From contig CAXHJY010000264.1 of the NCBI GenBank assembly GCA_964016885.1, positions 310,001 through 374,000 on the forward strand: DNA of 64,000 nt, in the 5' to 3' direction. Numbering within the stretch: position 1 is the first letter of the stretch; each line of letters opens with the position of its first letter. The DNA comes from Eledone cirrhosa. Lineage: Eukaryota. Position numbers and translations under genes: made by a program. Below are positions 28,075-35,738 of this stretch, in pieces. The notes below the pieces were generated by a model. It ran no database searches and was not told the origin of the DNA. It was given only the letters and a program-made list of their open reading frames with translations.

Positions 28075-29150
28075 TACTGAATGATGTAATTTTGATGAAG
28101 CATACTCCTCTAGACCATAGCTCATAACACAAGAGGAACTCCATGACCTTGTCAGGGATCTACAACTACTTAAGAATAAGGCAGAGCTGCTGACCGTCAG
28201 CAGCAGGTCAGCAATTTCTTCATAATGGGAGGTGATTTATTGTCCTGCAACAATATGGTCTGATGGAAGCACTTGATATTGAATACGAACCCAGTCACTG
28301 GAGTCTGTTCATAGATTCATAACTTCCCATGGGCTACACATCACATATGAAAGAAACTTGTGAGAATATAAAGCATATGTTGCAATGAATAGGATGAACA
28401 TCAATGGCAGTTCCGTGGTGACTTAAAGGTTGTTGGTCTTGTGATGGGTTTGCACTCCCAAAGATTGATAGAGAGGAAGAGAGAATATGAGATAGAGGAT
28501 GAATCAACCCAAGTGCATTACTGGTACTTTATTTTATCAACCTCAAATGGATGAAAGACAAAGTTGAACTTCAGCAGGATTTGAACTCAGAAGTCAGCAG
28601 AAAGAACCAGAAGCAATACCACAAGGTATTCTATCTGTTGTGAATGGGAGAGCCATGCAGGAGGTTCCCATTATGGCCACCTCATCAATCACTGGAACCT
28701 AAATGTTGCTACCACCACTACACATAAATCTGGGGCTCATGAAAAACTTTGTAAAAGCTGTGGACAAATCTGACATGGGATATAACAATCAAAATTCCCC
28801 TCACTGATGCTAAGATAAAAGAGGGAGTCTTCATTGGTCCTCAGATTTGAGAGCTTCTTAAAGATGGTGACTTTAAATCAGCCCTTCATAGGAGAAAGTT
28901 GCTTGGAAAGCATTCAAGTTAGTGGCGAAGGGATTTCTCGGAACCAGAAGGGAAGGAAACTATGAAGAATTGGTGGAAAACCTCATGAAGGCTTACAAGA
29001 ATATGGGATGTAACAAGGTTTTAAGAATCAAATAAAACAATATCAAAAAGCATACAATGTTAAAGCAAGCTATTGGTTTCATAAGTTATGCAAAAGGAAT
29101 TTAAAAAAAACCATGTTTACCTGTGATTTTTAAGTTGTTAGATTGCAGTG
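28075..29150 (+). mobile_element. Decayed Chapaev3-like (CMC superfamily) DNA transposase remnant
   Basis: Manual translation across frameshifts: LITQEELHDLVRDLQLLKNKAELL (from 28121), LMEALDIEYEPSHWSLFIDS, HMKETCENIKHML, WQFRGDLKVVGLVMGL, CEWESHA, LLPPLHINLGLMKNFVKAVDK, DAKIKEGVFIGPQI, AWKAFKLVAKGFLG..NYEELVENLMKAYKNMGCN. These follow the motif order I recall for Chapaev3 transposases. Possible CAGTG terminus at 29146-29150 is uncertain. Confidence 0.8.
28498..28637 (-). mobile_element. tRNA-derived SINE remnant with Meta-like central domain, nested in the Chapaev remnant
   Basis: Minus strand has B-box GAGTTCAAATCC followed by CTTTCATCCATTTGAGGTTGATAAAATAAAGTACCAG (MetaSINE-like by recall). 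It interrupts the transposase between GDLKVVGLVMGL and CEWESHA. Confidence 0.7.
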
Positions 29151-29334
29151 AATGGGTTAATGTATGGTTTATTTATCTGGAGTTTTGCTATCGCTTGTCC
29201 TTATATAGGTAGGATGATGTTTGTTAATTCAGGTGTAAGACGTGTGTACAAAGCATTTGGCAGGTATATATAGGTAGTTAGAATAATATAAGAAATTATA
29301 TAAAAAAATACTAAAAGATATTGTATTTATAGCG

Positions 29335-29526
29335 AAATATATATGCATAGCAAATGTAGATATATTACATGTATATATGTGTATGTACACACACAGGTGG
29401 GCCACTTTTATATATAAATGGGTATGTGTGTGTATGAATATACACATGTAAGTGAGCCCATATAAAAGTGAGAACATGGGCAAATGAAGGGTATATGTAT
29501 ATATATGTATCTATCTAACTCTCTCT
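29335..29526. repeat. Degenerate (TA)/(TG)/(CA)/(TC) microsatellite-rich tract
   Basis: Low-complexity dinucleotide runs ending in CTCTCTCT immediately before the Tx1-like LINE. Confidence 0.75.
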
Positions 29527-32500
29527 AGAACCTGGATGTCAAAGTACAGCAAGTACACTTGGACCCGGGGGGGGGGTAGACTGGTAGTCCTAGACGTTAA
29601 CAGTATTGGAGGTGGAGCCTTCAGACTGGTGGCCGTTTATGCCCCGACCGGGCAATTGCAATCACGGCCAGACTTCTTTAAGCGTCTCGAGTCTTTTCTG
29701 GGAACATTTCGCTCCTTACTTTTAGTTGGGGACTGGAATGGTATCCTAGATGCACGATGGGACTATGTGGGAGCATGTCCCAGTAGAGCGGGGTGCAACA
29801 GCCTCAAAACTTTAATGGCCAATTCCAACTGGCCGATAGGTATCAACTGGATTTCCCGACTGCACCACAGTAGACGTGGGCAAACCGCAGTGGGACATCT
29901 AGATCGTATTTAGATAGGTTCTTCATTAGAAAAAGAGACAAGGAAATGTTAAGCAGTCCACGAATGCACATGGTTGCCTATTCAGATCACAAGTTAGTCG
30001 TCTGCTTAGTCAACCGTGATAGAACACATAGACAGGGACTCGGATACTGGAAGCTGAACGTGTCATTGCCGGCACGTAAAGCTTACAGTGAACGGATAAG
30101 TAGATTAGTCAAGCAACAGTTAATGGGAGCCATCGTCAACAATAGATGGTGGTACTCTCTCAAGAAAGCAATTGGAATAGAATCGATAGGGTATAGCAGA
30201 GAGTTAGCCTTAGAGAAAAACAAAATAGAAAGAGAACTAGTAGCCAAGGTAGAGGAGGTACTTAGAAGTGGCAACGCGGCTAGAGTGTTAGCGTCGAGAA
30301 CGGCACTGGACCAGTTCTTCGATGCGAAACACGAAGGCTGTGTGGTCAGAAGCAAAACACGTGCTCTAGGAAGCGAAGGAGCGAAAGCTGTCAGCTGGGC
30401 CCGAGTGGCGGAGGCGAAAAGTGGCAACAAGTCCACGATTCGGTCTTTGAAAGACCAAAACAGACGCATGCTACTTGACCTAAGCAAATGTGCACGGCCT
30501 TTCAGCGGCACTTTGCGTGACTGTTTGAGCAGATAGACGGTGAGCCGAACGGGGTAATAAACTTTAGTTCATACCTCGACGGCCTGCCGCATTTCTCGAA
30601 CACTGAGATACGGGACGCTCTGGGCCGCTGCGGGAAACGCAAGTCACCCAGTCTAGATGGTCTACCCTACGAGTTTTACATAGGCATGCCGGCCTTGTTC
30701 TCTGGCATCCTCGAAGCCATCTACTGCAATTGGCAGCAGAACGGGAGAATTCCCAGTTCTGCAGGCAAGGGCGTAGTAACGCTGATCAGGAAAGACGAGA
30801 ACAAGGGGGACGAAATTAACAACTTCAGGCCCATAACTCTGCTCAACACAGAGTTAAAGATTTTGGCCAAGGTGCTAGCGACGAGGTTGGCGCTTGTCGT
30901 CGAGAACCTGGTAGGGAAAGCGCAAACGTGTGCAATCCCGACCAGGTCCATACACGACAATCTCCACCTCATGTGATACATCATAGAGAGGGTAGGTAGT
31001 AAACCCGGCTTTGGTGGGGCTCTGATCAACTTGGATCAGTCTAAGGCATTCGATAGGGTTGACCATCGATACTTGGAAGCGGTTCTCAAGGCGGCCGGTT
31101 TCGGTCCCGTGTTCAGAGGCTGGATCGAGGCGATGCACACCAGCAACTACTTGAGGGTCAAGGTCAACAGCTAGTTATCGGAGCCGTTCGCAATCACGCG
31201 TTCCATTCGACAAGGGTGCCCTCTCTCCTCCATTCTGTATGTATTGACTCTAGAGCCATTACTGCGGAAATTTGAGCTGTTGCAGGGCATCCCTCTAGAA
31301 CCGGGACTGCGCAAAGTGGCGTCGGCTTATGCCAACGACGTGACGGTAATGGTGTCGAGTACCTCGGAAATCGGGGTGATCGGCAACTTACTGAAAGAAA
31401 CGCTGACGGGAGCAAAACTAAACCCAGACAAGTCTGTCGGTTTGCAACTCGGTACGTGGAGAGGCAAACCGATGACGTCCGACAGCGTCATTGGACGCTG
31501 GACGGACGGACCGGTGAAATTGCTTGGGGTCTGGTTCGGTTCAGACCTCCAAGTGGAGAAAAACTGGAACGAGGTTACGGCCAAGGTGTTTGCACTCACC
31601 CAGAAGTGGGCAGAGTGCAAACTGTCCTTGAAAGGTTGAGCGGAGGTGGCGAACACTTTCATAGCGTCCGTCATCTACTACCGCTTGACTGTCGTGCCTT
31701 GTCCCCGTGAACACCTCGCCAAGATGGAACGCATGCTCTTCCAGTTTCTGTAGAAGAAGCAGGCTCCGTTAGTGAGGAGATCCGTCTGCTGTCAGCACCT
31801 TTCCAATGGAGGGCTGGGAATGCCGTGGCTGATGATGCGCAAACATGCGCTGAGGCTGCGGCATCTCCAGGTATTCCTCACTGACCCCCAACCGGTGTGG
31901 GCACCGTTTGTGAGACAGGCTTTCCCACAGCTCGTTTCGCTGACGGAGCTGCAGTCCTGGGTCAAGAAAAGACTGAAAACGATGGGTGCCTGGCACATTG
32001 AATGCGCTCAGGCGCTCACAGTCCTCTGGCAAGCGGGCGCAGCAATCAGTGGAGACTCCACTTCTACATTCTATAGAGGGATTGTACGTTACGAGGGTGA
32101 CGACGTGCTCGGAGAGACTCTGGGCGTCGAAGACGATGAGCTCACCAGTCTGTTTGGTAGGACTTTCCGCCCGGGACCTATGGACAACTTCCAGAGGTCC
32201 CTGGCCTGGCAGTTCTACCGAGGAGCTCTACCGGTTCGTGACAAGATCTACAGGCATGGATGCCCCGGCAGGAATCCTTCAAAGAGGGCGTGTCCAAGAT
32301 GCGCGCAGGACATTGAAACAGTCCTGCACGCAATTGTACACTGCCTGGGCGTAACCGACCTGTGGAACTATGCAGAACAACTGCTGTCGCGTATGGGACA
32401 AATCCAGTTGACTGCCGAGTCCATAGTAAGGATCAAACCGCCAGCCTCTTTCAAAAACGAAAGAGAGGCGGTTTTCCTCTGTACGGTGGCTATGGTGAAA

Positions 32501-32707
32501 GAAGTTATAGGGTGGACAAGGTTGAGAGGACTGAGGACAGATGCCTTTCTCTCCGGACAACAATTGATTCCCTTCTTTAAGTATCACTTTAGAAGGAGAA
32601 TCAGGGTGGAGAGAGAGGCACTGCACCCCAGTAAATTTACTGAATGGTGGGTGAATGAAGCGAAAATGGCCCGAGTGATTGGGCCTTCTCTGTTTATAAG
32701 CCTGTAG
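29527..32707 (+). pseudogene. Disrupted ORF2 of L1/Tx1 LINE: AP endonuclease - reverse transcriptase - CCHC zinc knuckle
   Basis: APE motifs RLVAVYAP, LVGDWN, SDHKLV, then GYWKLN. RT motifs FRPITLLNTELKILAKVLATRL, DQSKAFDRVDH, RQGCPLS, SAYAND (YADD mutated), LLGVWF. Then GGLGMP and CPRCAQDIETVLHAIVHC. In-frame stops near 30974, 31172, 31637 and 31751, plus frameshifts including the G-run at 29567-29576. Confidence 0.92.
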
Positions 32708-32931
32708 GTTGAAGAAGAGAGCAAAAGGAAGAAAGGAGCACTTGCAGAACACGTTCCTGGAGTTGAGGGTTGTTCTATCGACGGGGTATTAAACAACACA
32801 TTTGTAACGCCTCCCCCCTATTTGGGATTTCGATTGTTGTAATTGTTTGTTTTTATATTTTTTACACGACTGTATGTAAAATCCCCGGCATGTCTTTGTA
32901 TTGTCCCCTTTTCTTGTGCGCTCTTGTGGCT

Positions 32932-32937
32932 AATAAA
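32932..32937 (+). promoter_or_regulatory. Polyadenylation signal of the L1/Tx1 element
   Basis: AATAAA ~225 bp after the ORF2 stop, right at the return to microsatellite flank. Confidence 0.65.
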
Positions 32938-32989
32938 GAAATATATCTATTTCTCTCTCACTCTCTTTCTCTATATATATGCATATAGT

Positions 32990-33160
32990 GCCAAGTCCAC
33001 ACTGTAAATGTGGTTGGCGGTAGAAAGGCCACTCAAAAGTAGAAAGCAAGCCAATATCTGCCCCGGGTGAGCTAAACATGATTCCCTGACCTGTTTCTCT
33101 CCTTAAGGGTCAATCCGTCCTACCCATGAAGCAGGACGTTAAACGACGAGGATGATGATA
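32990..33160 (+). mobile_element. Diverged solo RTE-type 3' tail
   Basis: CACACTGTAAATGTGGTTGG...ACCCATG...GGACGTTAAACGACGAGGATGATGAT is homologous to the reverse complement of 26163-26340. Confidence 0.75.
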
Positions 33161-33217
33161 TATATGTGGCTATATATATGATGTGTGTATGTGTATGTAT
33201 GATATGTGTATATATAT

Positions 33218-33360
33218 GGAGGCACATGGTTTAGTGGTTAGAGCATTGGCCTTGCAATCGAAAGGTTGTGAGTTCAATTCTCAGACCGGATGATGTGTTG
33301 TTTCCTTGAGCAAGACACTTTATTTCACATTGCTCCAGTTTACTCAGCTGTAGAAATGAG
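33218..33360 (+). mobile_element. tRNA-derived CORE-like SINE head (Pol III A and B boxes)
   Basis: A-box TGGTTTAGTGG (33227-33237), B-box GAGTTCAATTC (33270-33280), then GTGTTGTTTCCTTGAGCAAGACACTTTA resembling the CORE domain. Confidence 0.8.
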
Positions 33361-33384
33361 ATGATGGGGACTGGGGTCCATATC

Positions 33385-33630
33385 ATTCCACTCTAAAGTG
33401 GTCGTGGAGGTGCCACGGCAAAAAAGCACCAGCACTCACTGTAAATGAGGTTGGTGTTAGGAAGGGCATCCAGCTGTAGAAAACCAGCCAGACACAGTTC
33501 CTATATGAACAAGACACGGTCACCCGACCCAACTTGCCTCTAAATGGGACAAACCTGTCTAACCCATGCTAGCGTGAAAGATAGACGTTAAAACAATGAG
33601 GACGATGATGATGATGATGATGATGATGAT
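33385..33630 (+). mobile_element. RTE-type 3' tail with (GAT)n, directly following the SINE head
   Basis: GGTTGGTGTTAGGAAGGGCATCCAGCTGTAGAAA...TCTAACCCATGCTAGCGTGAAAGATAGACGTTAAA followed by about nine GAT repeats. Confidence 0.8.
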
Positions 33631-33664
33631 ATATATATATATACACACACACACGCACATATAT

Positions 33665-34478
33665 GACATAAGTTTTCCTCTTAAATTGAAGGGAAGACTA
33701 TATAATGGATGTCTACATACAGCAATGTTACATGGTAGTGAGACCTGGACACTGCGCGCAGACCTGATAAGATAGGAAAGAAATGAAGCCTGCATCCCCT
33801 GATGGATGTGTAATAGTAATATACATGAAGAGCAAAGCATAAATGAACTGAGAGAGAAATTGGGCATAAGAGGGATCAGATGCAGTATACTAGAGAGGAG
33901 ATTGTGTTGGTATGGACATGTGATCTGTTTGTAGGATGACAGCTGTATAAAAAGGTGCAGGGCAATCAATGTTGACAGAAGCTATGGAGTAGGAAGACCC
34001 AGGAAGACCTGGGATGAGGTGGTAAAAGCTGACCTTGCACAATTGCACCTCTCAAAGACAATGACACAGGAGCGAGATCTTTAGCGTTATGCAGTAATAC
34101 AGAAGACACGCCTTCCCATGTGCACGGACTCAAACATACATCTTGTAGGCACTTCTTAACCACTATACCCCCTTCCATACTCCACCCACACCCATTTCTG
34201 TTCACACCACCCTTACACTGTAAAGTGGTCATGTAGGTGTCACAACAAAAAGTATCGAGCACACACTATAAAGTGGCCGGGTAGCTGTCATGATAAAAAA
34301 CATCCAGCACGCACTATAACTGTGGTTGGCATTTTGAAGGACATGCGACTGTAGAAATCTAGCCAGAAACAGTTCTGTATGAGCAGGACACGGTCACCTG
34401 ACGCAACTTACCTCAGATGGGGCAACCAGTCTAACCCATGCTAGCATGGAAAGTGGATGTTAAACGATGATGGTGATG
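33665..34478 (+). mobile_element. 5'-truncated RTE LINE 3' fragment, same family as 26163-28070 but opposite orientation
   Basis: Plus-strand translation KLKGRLYNGCLHTAMLHGSETWTL..ERNEA..WMCNSN..INELREKLGIRGIRCSILERRLCWYGHV matches the 26465-26809 peptide. The 3'UTR ends TAAACGATGATGGTGATG. Confidence 0.88.
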
Positions 34479-34894
34479 TGTGTGTGTGTGTGTGTGCATG
34501 TGTGTAAGGAAGAAGAAATATAAAAAATACTGAAAGATATTGTATATATAGAGAAATATATATATATAGGTTGAGTAGATAATTACCGTTTTTTTTCTAA
34601 TCTGGTTTGGAAATTAAAATTAAATATTTCATTCTTTCTAGGAGGTATGGAATTGTATTTATTGTTCAAATTTCATCAACATTTTTGACATTTTTTAAAT
34701 ATTGGATTTTAAATGCTCTGCTACCTGAACTGCCCTGAACAGGATATTTAAACAGTTGATAATGTCCACTCTGTAATCCTGAAGAAGTGAGGACTGTAAT
34801 GGGCACTGAGCTTCTCTCATCTTACCAAAGAAAAACAGTGAAGTACTACACAATAATCACATATTTTATTTATTCACACATACACACATATATA

Positions 34895-35283
34895 TCATCA
34901 TCATTTTATGTCTGCTTTTCCCTGCTTGCAAGAGTGGGACAGGTCCTATTCAGCACAGCATCTCTCCACCTGTCATGGTCCTTCATCATCTCCAGCGATC
35001 TGAGGTCTGCTCTCACCACCTCTGCCCTTGTTTTTCGTGATCTTCCTCTCGGGGATTTCTTGGCACTTCTTTACCCAGCAGTCATCCTTCATGTGCATCA
35101 CATGTCCATACCACGCAGTCTTCTCTCCCACACACTACAACTTATCCCTCTTATATAGTTTCTCTCTCAACTCAAATATGCTTGGTCATTCACGCACATT
35201 GACATTGCACATCCATCGGAGCATGCTTGCTTCATTTCTCTCCAACCATTGCAAATCCTCTGCAGTTGCAGTTCATGTCTCAC

Positions 35284-35286
<3 letters not shown>
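34895..35286 (-). mobile_element. Short RTE LINE 3' fragment (related subfamily, short 3'UTR)
   Basis: Minus-strand translation SET*TATAEDLQWLERNEASMLRWMCNVNVRE, later WYGHV. (CAT)n on + at ~34895-34904 is the tail. Confidence 0.8.

Positions 35287-35343
<57 letters not shown>
35287..35343. repeat. (GA)n microsatellite followed by a G run
   Basis: About 23 perfect GA repeats then poly-G. On the minus strand this is a (C)n(CT)n tract starting ~25 nt downstream of the exon donor. Confidence 0.95.
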
Positions 35344-35361
35344 AGCAAGGAATTTAAATGT

Positions 35362-35367
35362 TCTTAC
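35362..35367 (-). promoter_or_regulatory. 5' splice donor
   Basis: GAG|GTAAGA, near consensus. Confidence 0.8.
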
Positions 35368-35438
35368 CTCAGCAGTATGATCAATCATTAATGTCAAATG
35401 AATTTCATTAGCAATATCATAATGACCTTTCTCAAGAG
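35368..35438 (-). CDS. SRA1: Internal coding exon (71 bp, phase 1 to 0) of a probable SRA1/SRAP orthologue, C-terminal SRA1/Sec31 domain
   Basis: Minus strand: TTTTTTTTTTTACTTTGCAG | CTCTTGAG...ACTGCTGAG | GTAAGA. Open frame (A)LEKGHYDIANEIHLTLMIDHTAE aligns with human SRAP [24 protein letters not shown] (recalled from memory). The ORF track piece 35167..35397 captures TLMIDHTAE. Confidence 0.8.
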
Positions 35439-35460
35439 CTGCAAAGTAAAAAAAAAAACC
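35439..35460 (-). promoter_or_regulatory. 3' splice acceptor with polypyrimidine tract
   Basis: Minus strand poly-T followed by ACTTTGCAG immediately before the exon. Confidence 0.8.
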
Positions 35461-35524
35461 ACAAAACTATTATTATTACTATGAGAATTAGTTAAGAGAA
35501 TTTGATGTTAAATAGTCATGAAGA

Positions 35525-35660
35525 TACCATTGGATAGGCTTCCAAGAATCTCTGTCTAACTAATTTAAAGAACAAGGAGTGGGTTGACAGAAGGCTACGG
35601 TAGAAGACATTTGACTAGTCCAGAAATTGAACACTGCAGAGTTAACAAGTAAACCGTTTG
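35525..35660 (-). mobile_element. Highly decayed SINE remnant (octopus CORE-type, by recall)
   Basis: GGCTTCCA..TCTGTCTAACTAATTT..AACAAGG..GGCTACGGTAGAAGACATTTG..ATTGAAC resembles the antisense of a common octopus tRNA-SINE as I remember it. Heavily deleted. Confidence 0.45.
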
Positions 35661-35738
35661 GGTGAGCTGGGTCAAGGTTCAACATATATAGGACAGTTAA
35701 TCCATTAACTAGATCTCATCTGACATGAATAATGACTC

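Larger units (their letters stand above)
29527..32940 (+). mobile_element. 5'-truncated L1/Tx1-clade LINE (~3.4 kb)
   Basis: More GC-rich than its flanks. Contains ORF2 remnants (APE, RT, CCHC) and a 3'UTR ending in AATAAA. Flanked by TC/TA microsatellite on both sides. Confidence 0.92.

Noticed and set aside
30083-32799. Antisense and alternate-frame ORFs over the Tx1 element
   Set aside because: Shadows of the GC-rich LINE ORF2 with no recognisable domains.
33218-33292. tRNA gene
   Set aside because: A and B boxes are present but I could not form a proper acceptor stem, and it runs into a CORE-like SINE body.
34567-34600. Possible Tc1/mariner terminal inverted repeat (TAGGTTGAGTAGATAATTACCGTTTT)
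   Set aside because: Only a vague resemblance, with no partner TIR or transposase sequence found.
33559-35357. ORFs 33559-33969, 33966-34262, 34787-35158 and 35028-35357
   Set aside because: Antisense translations of RTE fragments and microsatellites (poly-I, RE repeats).
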